DNA of 59,900 nt from an uncultured Actinomycetota bacterium (GTDB taxonomy: Bacteria > Actinomycetota > Humimicrobiia > Humimicrobiales > Humimicrobiaceae). Position numbers and translations under genes: made by a program. The stretch spans positions 1 to 59,900 of the forward strand of contig CAYROY010000107.1 of the NCBI GenBank assembly GCA_964426155.1, given 5' to 3'. The notes under the pieces were generated by a model. That model had not been told where the DNA came from. It ran no database searches and worked only from the letters and a program-made list of their open reading frames with translations. This document shows, one piece after another, positions 1 to 9,337 of the stretch; the stretch's first letter is position 1; each line of letters opens with the position of its first letter.

Positions 1-81
1 ATACAAGCTATGAAAGCTGCCGATTTCCTTGCGGGAAGGGACCCATACGGGATGAAATATCTATCATTTTATAGAAAATAG
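1..81 (+). CDS. C-terminal fragment of an unidentified gene entering from the left edge
   Basis: Frame 1 is open from base 1 to TAG 79-81 (...QAMKAADFLAGRDPYGMKYLSFYRK*). Too short to assign a family. Confidence 0.3.
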   Translation: MQAMKAADFLAGRDPYGMKYLSFYRK

Positions 82-139
82 TTATTTTTTTGGGTATAAT
101 CCCATTATAATATTATTTATCAAGACAAAGGAGAATTAA

Positions 140-1237
140 ATGGCAAGGGTTGATCTAAAAAACCTGACCAAGAAATTCGAGGACGTAATTGCTGTTAATA
201 ACATGAATGAAGTCATCGAAGATAAGCAATTCGTGGTCCTGGTAGGACCATCGGGTTGTGGTAAAACCACTACGCTGCGCATGATCGCAGGCCTTGAGGA
301 AGTAACCGGAGGGGAAATATATATCGGAGACAGGCTTGTTAACGATGTCCCTCCAAAGGACAGGGATATCGCGATGGTTTTTCAGAACTACGCTCTTTAC
401 CCCCACATGGATGTCTACAACAATATGGCCTTTGGACTGAAATTAAGAAAAACACCAAAAGCTGAAATTGAAAAGAGGGTTAATAATGCAGCCAGGATAC
501 TTAAGATAGAAGAACTCCTTAAAAGAAAACCGAAGCAGCTTTCAGGCGGGCAGAGACAGAGAGTAGCACTTGGAAGGGCTATTGTAAGAGACCCCAAGGT
601 ATTCTTAATGGATGAGCCACTTTCAAACCTTGATGCTAAACTCAGGGTACAGATGAGAACAGAGATAGCCAAACTCCATCAGAGGCTTAATGCAACGATC
701 ATATACGTGACTCATGACCAGACGGAAGCCATGACCATGGCCAGCAAGATAGTTATAATGAAAGACGGCCTGGTGCAGCAGACCGGTGCTCCGCAGGAAG
801 TATACGACCATCCGAACAACATGTTTGTAGCCGGCTTTATTGGCTCTCCTGCAATGAATTTTATAGATGTCACCATTACTGATAAAATGACTTTGAAGAA
901 TAAACAGTTTGAAATGGAAACTTCTTCAAAGATAAAGGAAATAATAAAGAGTAATGATCTGATAGGAAAAGAGGTTGTTGTAGGCATAAGACCAGAAAAT
1001 CTTGAAGATTCTCAGTTTATACCGGAAGCAAAAGATACAAATACGATAACCGCAAATGTAGAAGTTACTGAGCCTATGGGTGCAGAGATATATGTTTATG
1101 TGGACATAGATGGTGTTCTGATGACTGCGAGAGTTCTACCAAAATCAACACTGAAGAGTGGAGATGTAGCAAAATTATTTGTTGACATTGAAACTATTCA
1201 TCTTTTTGATAAGAAGACAGAAAAGGCCTATATTTAA
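140..1237 (+). CDS. Sugar ABC transporter ATP-binding protein (MalK/MsmX/UgpC family)
   Basis: Walker A GPSGCGKTT, ABC signature LSGGQRQR, Walker B FLMDEPLS, H-loop VTHD, C-terminal MalK-type regulatory (TOBE-like) domain. AAGGAG RBS at 128-133. Confidence 0.9.
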   Translation: MARVDLKNLTKKFEDVIAVNNMNEVIEDKQFVVLVGPSGCGKTTTLRMIAGLEEVTGGEIYIGDRLVNDVPPKDRDIAMVFQNYALYPHMDVYNNMAFGLKLRKTPKAEIEKRVNNAARILKIEELLKRKPKQLSGGQRQRVALGRAIVRDPKVFLMDEPLSNLDAKLRVQMRTEIAKLHQRLNATIIYVTHDQTEAMTMASKIVIMKDGLVQQTGAPQEVYDHPNNMFVAGFIGSPAMNFIDVTITDKMTLKNKQFEMETSSKIKEIIKSNDLIGKEVVVGIRPENLEDSQFIPEAKDTNTITANVEVTEPMGAEIYVYVDIDGVLMTARVLPKSTLKSGDVAKLFVDIETIHLFDKKTEKAYI

Positions 1238-1262
1238 CTGACCTGTAGTTATTTTTATTACC

Positions 1263-1310
1263 AAAAAGCAAAGTGCTGCTTGCTAATTAAGTTGTGCTTT
1301 GCTTTTTCTT
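1263..1310 (+). terminator. Intrinsic terminator after the ABC ATPase gene
   Basis: AAAAAGCAAAGTGC (1263-1276) pairs with GTGCTTTGCTTTTT (1294-1307) across a 17-nt loop, followed by a T-rich run. An A-tract on the 5' side makes it potentially bidirectional. Confidence 0.7.
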
Positions 1311-1328
1311 CTTATAAAATTATATTAT

Positions 1329-2447
1329 ATGGGATCAAAATTCGATGTAATAATCTCAGGATGCGGACCTTCAGGCAGCCTTCTCGGGTATCTGTTATCC
1401 AGTGAAGGTATAAAAACACTTATAATAGAGAAAAAGAATTTTCCACGTTATAAAATATGTGCTGGAGGTCTTCAACACAGGGTGCTGACGCTAATTCCTT
1501 TTGATGTGAGCAGTGTCATAGAGAAAAGTTTGAAAAGAATATTTTTTTCATTTAGAGGCAAAGATTCTTTTTTAAGAGAGTATGATTCTTACCTTATCCA
1601 TACTGTGGATAGAAGAAAATTTGATTTTTTTATGGCAGAAATTGCCAGAGAAAATGGCTGTACAATAAGTTTCGGAGAAAATGTAAAAGATTACGAGCAA
1701 GAAACCAAATATCTTACAGTATTTACAGACAGAGGTAATTACAGGTCCAGTATACTTGTAGGTGCGGATGGAATAAGGGGAACAGTGCATAAGAATATTG
1801 TGTCCGGTCACAAAATAAAAAAGATACTGGGTTATGAAGTAGAAAGACTTTATAGCAGCAATGATAAAAAAAAGTATGGAAATACAGCAGGACTTGATTT
1901 TGGATGCGTAAAAATGGGGTACACATGGGCATTTCCCAAAAAAGATAAAATATCATATGGAATAGGTGGTCCCGAGAATATGGCACTTTCTATGAAAAGG
2001 TATTTTACCAGATTTCTTTATAGCAATAATGGCAGCTGTATAAAAGATAAGATAATGGCCCAGTGTATACCCATAAGGTCTAAGGATACCCCCTTATGCA
2101 AAGAAAGAATCCTCACAATCGGGGATGCTGCCTGTCTGGGTGACGGGTTTACGGGTGAGGGTCTTTTTAATGCATTTAGAAGTTCCCATCTTGCCCTGAG
2201 CAGCATAAAAAAAGCTCTTGCGTCCGCTGACTATTCTTTTAATGATTATTCAGAAGCTGTTCAGCAGGAAATATATAGCGACATTAAGATATCCCTTATT
2301 TTCTCAAGAATATTTTTTGCTTATCCTATGTTTTTCTATAAACTTTTAAAATCTAATGATAAGTTTTTTAACCTGTGCTGCCAGGTTTTAAGAGGTGAGA
2401 AAAGATATAGCCATATTTCAGGTAAGCTAAACCTATTCAGTAAATGA
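1329..2447 (+). CDS. Geranylgeranyl reductase family FAD-dependent oxidoreductase
   Basis: N-terminal dinucleotide fold DVIISGCGPSGS, then IIEKKNFPRYKICAGGL (the PR-K-x-C-GG pattern of the GGR family). Start moved from 1299 to ATG 1329 because 1299-1310 lies inside the upstream terminator. Confidence 0.6.
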   Translation: MGSKFDVIISGCGPSGSLLGYLLSSEGIKTLIIEKKNFPRYKICAGGLQHRVLTLIPFDVSSVIEKSLKRIFFSFRGKDSFLREYDSYLIHTVDRRKFDFFMAEIARENGCTISFGENVKDYEQETKYLTVFTDRGNYRSSILVGADGIRGTVHKNIVSGHKIKKILGYEVERLYSSNDKKKYGNTAGLDFGCVKMGYTWAFPKKDKISYGIGGPENMALSMKRYFTRFLYSNNGSCIKDKIMAQCIPIRSKDTPLCKERILTIGDAACLGDGFTGEGLFNAFRSSHLALSSIKKALASADYSFNDYSEAVQQEIYSDIKISLIFSRIFFAYPMFFYKLLKSNDKFFNLCCQVLRGEKRYSHISGKLNLFSK

Positions 2448-2515
2448 CAGGCAGAAAAAATATTATATGGATTTATAATAATTTCTGAGATAATCAATTA
2501 AAGAAAGGAAATTAA

Positions 2516-3313
2516 ATGTCGGAAAGCAAAAAAGAAACGATTATTGCTCAAATATCAGATATACATGTAGGAGAACAGCATTTTATACCGAGCCTTTTAA
2601 CCAGAGCCATAGATGAAATAAACGATCTTAATCCAGATATAGTAATCATAACAGGAGATCTGACTGCAAATGGTTTTAGAATGGAATATGAAACAGTAAG
2701 AAACTACCTGGCACCTATAAAATGTAAAAATCTGATTGTGCAACTTGGAAATCATGATTCAAGAAATGTAGGCTATCTGCATTTTGAAGAGCTTTTTGGA
2801 GAAAGATATACAACATTTAAAAATAATACAATAACGATTGTTGCTGCTGATTCGAGCGAACCTGATCTGGATAACGGGCAGATAGGCAGGGAGCACTATC
2901 AATGGATAAGTAGGGAGTTCAATGATTCTGAAAAGAATAGCTTCAAGATATTTGCTATGCACCATCACCTTGTATCGGTTCCCAATACCGGAAGGGAAAG
3001 AAATATTGTTAATGATGCCGGAGATGTCCTTGAGACAATAGTAGATGCCGGTGTGGATATGGTGCTTTGCGGGCATAAACACGTTCCTTATTTATGGCGC
3101 ATAGAGGATATGATGGTGGTCACGGCAGGTACTGTATCCTGCCTGAGGCTCAGGGGTGCAATTGAGCCAAGCTATAATATAATATACGTAAGAGAGAAGG
3201 ATATAGATATCTACAGAAGATATCCATTTGACAAAATTGAGAGAATAAAAGGAATAAAAAGATCGATCAGGAAGGCAAGACTCTGTGATAAGTTTATTAC
3301 AGAAAAAAGATAA
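2516..3313 (+). CDS. Calcineurin-like metallophosphoesterase
   Basis: Motifs DIHVG, GDLTANG, GNHD, MHHH and GHKH in canonical order. AAAGGAAA RBS upstream. Confidence 0.85.
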   Translation: MSESKKETIIAQISDIHVGEQHFIPSLLTRAIDEINDLNPDIVIITGDLTANGFRMEYETVRNYLAPIKCKNLIVQLGNHDSRNVGYLHFEELFGERYTTFKNNTITIVAADSSEPDLDNGQIGREHYQWISREFNDSEKNSFKIFAMHHHLVSVPNTGRERNIVNDAGDVLETIVDAGVDMVLCGHKHVPYLWRIEDMMVVTAGTVSCLRLRGAIEPSYNIIYVREKDIDIYRRYPFDKIERIKGIKRSIRKARLCDKFITEKR

Positions 3314-4649
3314 TAAAAATAAAAAACTTATAGCTCTGATAGACGGAGAACATTATCCTGAGGTTAACAGGGATGCTCTGGAATTTTTAAAAAATAGTTT
3401 CACAGGAACTTTTGAAGGAATTATTTTTTTGGGTGGTACAGAGAAACTTATCATAGATGATCTCGAAGGATATTTTAAAGAGAAGGTTTATGTTATAAAT
3501 GACCTTGACCGTGATTTCTGTACTGCTCTTAAATATTTCTCACCCGATATCGTATATGATCTGAGTGATGAACCGGTTGTCAATTACAGAATAAGAATGA
3601 AGATAGCTTCTTTCTGTATGGCAAGTGGAAGTAGTTATATGGGACCTGATTTTCTATTCAGTTATGAAGAAAGGAAAATTAAAATAGCAAAAAAGACCTT
3701 ATCCATTATAGGGACAGGCAAAAGGATAGGAAAAACTGCTGTAAGCTCATATATAGCGAGAATATTTTCCGAGGAGAATATCAATACAGCCATTATAGCA
3801 ATGGGAAGAGGCGGACCCTCAACACCACAGGTCATAAGGGGTGATGAAATCGACATTGATGCAGGATACCTGCTTGACCTTAACAAAAAGGGTTTTCACG
3901 CAAGTTCAGATTATATAGAGGATGCATTACTAAGTGAGGTAGTTACTATAGGTTGCAGGAGATGCGGGGGAGGATTTGCAGGTAAGATATTTATGACTAA
4001 TCTTGGTGAGGGTGCCAGGCTTGCAGAAAAACTTGATTCAGATCTTATTATTGTTGAAGGCAGCGGGGCCTCTATACCTGAAGTGGCTTCAGATAAAACT
4101 ATTTGTGTAATCGGCGCTTTCCAGGAGTGGGAAAGTCTGGTGGGGTATCTCGGTATTTATAGAATAATGCTGGCAGATATGATAATAATTACCATGTGTG
4201 AGGATCCTCCTGCAAAAAAGGAAAAAATAGAAATTTTGGTAGATAAGATTAAAAAATATAATCCAGGTGTAGATATAATAAAAACAGTTTTCAGACCCAA
4301 ACCCCTTACAAATGTAGAAGGGAAAAAAGTGTTTCTCGGAATGACTTCTCAGAAAATTACAGGGTCCAACATAACCGGCCATCTTGAAAGTGAATACGGT
4401 TGCAGAATAGTAAAGGCAAGTTTTAACCTTTCAAAACGAGAACTTTTAAAAAGAGATCTTAATGAAAGTCCGGATTTTGATATTATACTTACGGAATTAA
4501 AGGCTGCTGCTGTGGATGTACTTACAGAATATGCTTCTGAAAACAAAAAAGAGATATCATATATTGATAATATACTAGTAGTTATTGACAGAGAAAGGGA
4601 TTTTAAGAAGGATGTTATAAAATTAATAAAGGAGAAAAGCACCAGATGA
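3285..4649 (+). CDS. cpgS: Putative cyclic 2,3-diphosphoglycerate synthetase (cDPGS family)
   Basis: About 454 aa with LIDGEHYP near the N-terminus, P-loop-like IIGTGKRIGKTAV, MGRGGP, GCRRCGGG, EGSGASIP and LTELKAAAVDV. I recognise these from memory as the methanogen cDPG synthetase family; no search was run. GTG start overlaps the upstream gene by 29 nt. Confidence 0.65.
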   Translation: MISLLQKKDNKNKKLIALIDGEHYPEVNRDALEFLKNSFTGTFEGIIFLGGTEKLIIDDLEGYFKEKVYVINDLDRDFCTALKYFSPDIVYDLSDEPVVNYRIRMKIASFCMASGSSYMGPDFLFSYEERKIKIAKKTLSIIGTGKRIGKTAVSSYIARIFSEENINTAIIAMGRGGPSTPQVIRGDEIDIDAGYLLDLNKKGFHASSDYIEDALLSEVVTIGCRRCGGGFAGKIFMTNLGEGARLAEKLDSDLIIVEGSGASIPEVASDKTICVIGAFQEWESLVGYLGIYRIMLADMIIITMCEDPPAKKEKIEILVDKIKKYNPGVDIIKTVFRPKPLTNVEGKKVFLGMTSQKITGSNITGHLESEYGCRIVKASFNLSKRELLKRDLNESPDFDIILTELKAAAVDVLTEYASENKKEISYIDNILVVIDRERDFKKDVIKLIKEKSTR

Positions 4650-5599
4650 CCATAAAAGAAGAAGAAAACAAGCGGAACCCGGTAGTAATCACTGATAAAA
4701 GAATGGGACTTCCTTTCTCGAAAGGCATACTTGCTTCGTCTATTTCTGTTACGGGTATTGAGATAGTAATTGCACACAGGATAGCTTCTGAAATTCAGGA
4801 TTACTTTGAGGAAAATAATATAAGGTCAATAACTCTTGATGAACTTAGGTCGCTTGCTTTCAGGTTCATAAAAGAAGATTCTGGTATCGATAATGCAGAG
4901 AAATACCTTCTCTGGCAGTCTGTCGGGAAACTTCAAAAACCAACTATAATACTTCTGGGCGGTGCTACCGGTGTGGGTAAATCAACGGTGGCCACAATTA
5001 TTGCAAACCGCTTAAATATAACGAGAGTAGCTTCGACCGATGCGATAAGGGAGGTGATGAGAGCCTCAGTCTCTGAGAAATTAATAAGGCCCCTGCGCGG
5101 GTCTTCTTATAATGCATATAAAAATTTAACTCTCCCGCCTTCCGGAGTAGAACCTGTAATACTGGGATTCAGGGAACAGGTATGTGCTGTAAATGTAGGT
5201 ATCGAAGCCATTATAAAAAGGAGTGTTGTAGAAAAGACAGATATTGTTATTGAAGGTGCACATGTGGTCCCGGGATATCTGGACGTTTTGCAATACAAGG
5301 ATAAGGCGGTTATTATTCAAATGGTAGTATCAGTTCCAAATAAAAGTATACATAAGGAACATTTTACCAAGAGGACTGTTGAGACTCAGGGTTCAAGACC
5401 TATGCAGCGGTATATAAAAAATCTTGACCAGATCACTATAATAAGGAATTATCTGGAGGACCTCGCAGTCAGGAATAATGTAGAAATAATACAAAACTAT
5501 AATCTTGATAATACTGTAAAGCAGGCACTTGATATTATTTTCAAAAAAGTAAAAGATGAATTTGCGAGAATGGGTAAGGAATATTTTAAAAGCACCTGA
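4646..5599 (+). CDS. 2-phosphoglycerate kinase
   Basis: N-terminal ATP-cone-like segment (LPFSKGILASS...), P-loop LLGGATGVGKST, TDAIREVMR and GSSYNAY: the typical 2PGK-family pattern. ATGA start/stop overlap with the upstream gene. Confidence 0.75.
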   Translation: MTIKEEENKRNPVVITDKRMGLPFSKGILASSISVTGIEIVIAHRIASEIQDYFEENNIRSITLDELRSLAFRFIKEDSGIDNAEKYLLWQSVGKLQKPTIILLGGATGVGKSTVATIIANRLNITRVASTDAIREVMRASVSEKLIRPLRGSSYNAYKNLTLPPSGVEPVILGFREQVCAVNVGIEAIIKRSVVEKTDIVIEGAHVVPGYLDVLQYKDKAVIIQMVVSVPNKSIHKEHFTKRTVETQGSRPMQRYIKNLDQITIIRNYLEDLAVRNNVEIIQNYNLDNTVKQALDIIFKKVKDEFARMGKEYFKST

Positions 5600-5601
5600 T
5601 A

Positions 5602-6033
5602 TTAGTTGATGCTGACAGAAAAAGAAGTCTCTTCGGACTGCATATTATTATAATCAACAATTACTTTATAATCACCAGGATAGTATATGTTATTCCTTTT
5701 AAGAAGATATACACTTATCTTGCCGCTTCCATTATTTTTTATCTTAATCTTATCCTGCTGGATTACCCTGTATCCGGATCCCTTTTGATAAAGCCAGGTT
5801 ACATTTATATTTTCTCCAGTTTTTACATCTTTTATCGGTATTACAAGGTATACATCGGAGCTATCAGAATTAAAATCGGTAATTTTTAGATTTTCTCCCG
5901 AAACCTCATCGGTATTTATTGCATCGGAAAGATATATTTTCCCTATGAAGGGTTCTTCTTTAAGAGTTAAGAAAGCAACAGCTATAAGTATAATAGCACC
6001 TATAACTGCTATTATAATACTTGTCTTTTTCAT
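5602..6033 (-). CDS. Membrane-anchored hypothetical protein
   Basis: 143-aa ORF with an N-terminal anchor MKKTSIIIAVIGAIILIAVAFL and a beta-rich remainder. Convergent with 2PGK; the two stops are 2 nt apart. Confidence 0.6.
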   Translation of the reverse strand: MKKTSIIIAVIGAIILIAVAFLTLKEEPFIGKIYLSDAINTDEVSGENLKITDFNSDSSDVYLVIPIKDVKTGENINVTWLYQKGSGYRVIQQDKIKIKNNGSGKISVYLLKRNNIYYPGDYKVIVDYNNMQSEETSFSVSIN

Positions 6034-6084
6034 ATAAAATTCATTGGAAAATTTTTGATATTATAACAAAACTTATCAAATTAT

Positions 6085-6113
6085 TTGACTAAAATTTCCA
6101 ATTAGTATATATT
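6085..6113 (+). promoter_or_regulatory. Candidate sigma-70-type promoter for the zinc-ribbon gene
   Basis: TTGACT (6085-6090), 17-nt spacer, TATATT (6108-6113), about 35 nt upstream of ATG 6149. Confidence 0.45.
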
Positions 6114-6148
6114 TTCTATTTATTTTATACAATTAAAGGAAATATATT

Positions 6149-6475
6149 ATGCCGATATACACATATAAATGCGATAAATGCGGGCGGACTTTTGATATGA
6201 TGGTAAGACCCGGAGAAAATGGCAGGGTAAACTGTATATACTGTAACGGAGAGGCAAGGCGTGTATTCTCTCCTGTAGGCATAATATTTAAAGGTTCTGG
6301 TTTTTACAGTACTGATTATAAAAGAGGTTCAAACGGAACAGCTTCCAGAAAGATATCTGAAGATAAGGTAAAAGAAAATGCAGGGGACAACATATCCTCA
6401 AAACCAGAGTCTGGCAGTAGTGAAAAGAGCAAAGCTGCTGATAAAAACAGGGTGGATTCAGTAAAGAATAAATAA
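6149..6475 (+). CDS. FmdB-family zinc-ribbon protein
   Basis: MPIYTYKCDKCG ... NCIYCNG (CxxC...CxxC) and FKGSGFY, characteristic of the FmdB/CxxC_CxxC_SSSS family. Ser/Lys-rich tail. Confidence 0.85.
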   Translation: MPIYTYKCDKCGRTFDMMVRPGENGRVNCIYCNGEARRVFSPVGIIFKGSGFYSTDYKRGSNGTASRKISEDKVKENAGDNISSKPESGSSEKSKAADKNRVDSVKNK

Positions 6476-6548
6476 TTCACTTTTTTCCTTTATTAAGCAT
6501 ATCATTAAAATTATTTTCAAATCCTATTAATAATATTATAATTATCTA

Positions 6549-7028
6549 TTGATGATTTTATTAATAATTTTATCGATTATATTAATATGGCTGCATATTT
6601 CCAGTCTGAAGTTAATTATAAAGACCAGGAGCGGGCAGGCCATTGCTGTAAAGGATGTATCAGAAATAGAAGAAAAGATGCAGATCACCGATGGAAAAGA
6701 TTCTCCAGTTGGTATAATGCCGGTTCTGATGTCTATTGGAGTGGTGTTTTTTTTAAATTTAATTGAAATTGGATATTTCATTTTTTGTGTATATTATTTC
6801 GATGATCAGGTTGTTGTAATAGGTAGTTCAATACTGGTGGGATATTCATTATATTCTATAATTAAATTTGTTCCCAGAATTAAGGAATTTATTAGAAAAC
6901 CTTTCAGTATATTAATGGAAAAGGCAGAAAAGCATGAAAGATTAATGAATATTGTCATGGTTCTACTGGAAATAATTTTTTGTACATATATATTATTCAA
7001 AATTATTTTTGTAAATTTAAAAGGGTAA
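6549..7028 (+). CDS. Polytopic membrane protein, unknown function
   Basis: 159-aa ORF with about four hydrophobic helices and no recognisable family. The start could be TTG 6549 or ATG 6552. Confidence 0.55.
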   Translation: MMILLIILSIILIWLHISSLKLIIKTRSGQAIAVKDVSEIEEKMQITDGKDSPVGIMPVLMSIGVVFFLNLIEIGYFIFCVYYFDDQVVVIGSSILVGYSLYSIIKFVPRIKEFIRKPFSILMEKAEKHERLMNIVMVLLEIIFCTYILFKIIFVNLKG

Positions 7029-7033
7029 AAAAA

Positions 7034-7585
7034 ATGAGTAATTTAAAGAATTTAAATTTATTAATTTTTATTCTTCTAGTATCTACGGTAGCTGTTTTTA
7101 CGGCATCCTGTGTCTTTACGGCTTCAACGGGTCCAGAGGAGGAGTCTGTGGTTGAAATAGATCAGCCGGTGGAAGATAAATCAGACAATCTTGCCGAAGA
7201 AGAGTTTGAGCAGCTTCTGGAGAGTGAAAATTTTCTGGAGACTTTTAATACTTTTTATTATCCTGATGCCAGCGTAAAACAGGCAAGTCTTTTAAAAGAT
7301 GAACAGGAGATGGTATATGTGATCCTCGACACTGATGAAAGCTTTGAAACCGTAGAAGATTATTACAAAAATAAGAGAATCCAGTCCATATGGAAAAGAG
7401 ATTTCATATATCAGAAAAATATGGCTGATATTGAAGAGGATTTTATAGAGGTAGAAGATAAAAATATAGAAATATCAAAATTTACTTTTTCGAGCAGTAA
7501 TAGAGATAAGGTTGTAGATATTCTTATTAAAAATCTTGATGAAGGCAGGACACAGATAATGATAACATTCTGGGATCTTAAGTAG
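7034..7585 (+). CDS. Putative secreted protein or lipoprotein, acidic
   Basis: Start taken at ATG 7034 (MSNLKNLNLLIFILLVSTVAVFTASC...): a signal peptide with a lipobox-like TASC. The 6980 start in the ORF track would overlap the previous gene. Confidence 0.6.
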   Translation: MSNLKNLNLLIFILLVSTVAVFTASCVFTASTGPEEESVVEIDQPVEDKSDNLAEEEFEQLLESENFLETFNTFYYPDASVKQASLLKDEQEMVYVILDTDESFETVEDYYKNKRIQSIWKRDFIYQKNMADIEEDFIEVEDKNIEISKFTFSSSNRDKVVDILIKNLDEGRTQIMITFWDLK

Positions 7586-7597
7586 CTCCGAGTATAA

Positions 7598-8959
7598 ATG
7601 GATATCATAGTTGATTCAAAGATTTATAGCGTTAGCGAGCTCAATCATCTTATCAGGGAGGACCTCGAGGGCAATTTTCCCAGTATATGGGTCGAGGGTG
7701 AGGTCAGCAATTTTTTCTTCCACAGTAATAGGCATATGTATTTTGATCTTAAAGATGAAAAAAGCAAGATCAAAATAGTAATGTTTTACAGGAACAACCG
7801 GGATCTTCTCTTTGATATTGAAGAAGGTCTTCACATACAGGTCAAGGGTTATATATCTGTATATGAAAAGAGGGGGGAATATCAGCTCGTAGCCCTTGAA
7901 GCCCGGCCCGTGGGAAGAGGTGCGCTGATACTGGCATTTGAACAATTAAAAGAAAAATTATCCAGGAAAGGGTTTTTTGACACCTCTACAAAAAAGAAAA
8001 TACCTGTTCTACCGGGAAAAATTGGTATAGCTACCTCTATAGGAGGGGCGGTTCTAAAAGACATGGTATCAATTCTAGTCCGGAGGTTTCCAAATTTCCA
8101 TATAATTGTGAGAGATGTAAACGTAGGAGGGATAAGTTCTGCCTCAGAGCTATGTTCTGCTATTGATGATCTTTGTGAGTATGGTGTAGATGTTATTATA
8201 ATTGCTAGAGGCGGAGGTTCGCTTGAAGATATGTGGGGTTTCAATAGCGAGGAGCTGGCCTGCAAAATATATAACTGTAATATTCCTATAATATCTGCAG
8301 TGGGGCATCAGACTGATTTTACTATATCAGATTTTGTTGCCGATCTTAGAGCCGCAACTCCTTCGGTCGCAGCGGAAAAAGTTATAGTGGACAAAAATGA
8401 AACAGTTGATGCTATTAAAAATATGACAGGGTTTATTTATGGAAAACTTTTCTCCCTTTTAAAGTTTTCAAAAAAACAGCTTCTAATGACAATCAACAGG
8501 AAATATTTTAAAAGACCTGAAATATTATTTAATGCAAGCCAGCAGGATTTCAATGGTGTCTACAGCGAACTTATCGAGAAAATATCTGTAATAGTTATAA
8601 ATAAAAAGAGAAAACTTATAAAAAATCTATCACACATTGATGAAAAAAGCATAATTTCCGGGATTAAGTATAAAAAATCTGATTTAAAAAATATGTTTGC
8701 GGGATGGAGCAGGATCGTTTCAAATAATATTAAAGATAAAAACAGATATATAAACTATGTTACTAAAAGCATGGAACATAATAATCCCCTTAATATAGTA
8801 AAAAGAGGCTTTGCGGTTATATATGATACTGAAAGCCGCAAAAATATTAGCACCATAAAGTCAGCTTTCCCCGGGAATTTAATAGATATTCTGTTAAAAG
8901 ATGGTACTATAAGGGCAAGGATCGCAAAAATTATTTTTAATAAAGATGAAGCAGGATAA
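7598..8959 (+). CDS. xseA: Exodeoxyribonuclease VII large subunit
   Basis: N-terminal OB-fold pattern (SVSELN..I...LE..FPSIWVEGEVSNF), catalytic core (ARGGGS.EDMW.FN), and its small-subunit partner follows immediately. Confidence 0.9.
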   Translation: MDIIVDSKIYSVSELNHLIREDLEGNFPSIWVEGEVSNFFFHSNRHMYFDLKDEKSKIKIVMFYRNNRDLLFDIEEGLHIQVKGYISVYEKRGEYQLVALEARPVGRGALILAFEQLKEKLSRKGFFDTSTKKKIPVLPGKIGIATSIGGAVLKDMVSILVRRFPNFHIIVRDVNVGGISSASELCSAIDDLCEYGVDVIIIARGGGSLEDMWGFNSEELACKIYNCNIPIISAVGHQTDFTISDFVADLRAATPSVAAEKVIVDKNETVDAIKNMTGFIYGKLFSLLKFSKKQLLMTINRKYFKRPEILFNASQQDFNGVYSELIEKISVIVINKKRKLIKNLSHIDEKSIISGIKYKKSDLKNMFAGWSRIVSNNIKDKNRYINYVTKSMEHNNPLNIVKRGFAVIYDTESRKNISTIKSAFPGNLIDILLKDGTIRARIAKIIFNKDEAG

Positions 8960-9203
8960 TAAAGTGGATATTGATAAACTTAGTTTCGAAGAAGCTCTTG
9001 CAAAGCTTGAGGAGATAGTTAAGGAATTGGAGAAGGAGGACATAACGCTTGAAGATTCAATGCAGAAGTTCGAGCTGGGTATAAAGCTTTCCTCCTACTG
9101 TCTCAAGAAGCTTAACCAGGCAGAACAAAAAATTGAAGAATTAACAAGATCCGAAGACGGTAAGCTTGTTGCAAGGGAACTTAAGGTCGATATAGATTCC
9201 TAG
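8946..9203 (+). CDS. xseB: Exodeoxyribonuclease VII small subunit
   Basis: 85 aa with LSFEEALAKLEEIVKELE...LEDSM..FE.G..L. Overlaps the xseA stop by 14 nt. Confidence 0.9.
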   Translation: MKQDNKVDIDKLSFEEALAKLEEIVKELEKEDITLEDSMQKFELGIKLSSYCLKKLNQAEQKIEELTRSEDGKLVARELKVDIDS

Positions 9204-9337
9204 GATAAAATTACACCATATATTGTACAGGATATTTTTATTATCTTATTCTATAACAATATATAGTTGAATATTATTATTAAAAAAATAATACATTAAA
9301 TAATAATATTTATTTCTAAATAATTTTTTAAAAAAAG

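Noticed and set aside
155-987. Four antisense ORFs (62-91 aa) inside the ABC ATPase gene
   Set aside because: They are fully nested in a strongly supported + strand gene, have low-complexity sequences and no motifs. These are typical shadow ORFs.
6980-7033. Upstream start (6980) for the lipoprotein-like gene
   Set aside because: It would overlap the preceding membrane-protein gene by 49 nt and prepend a non-signal sequence. ATG 7034 gives a canonical signal peptide.
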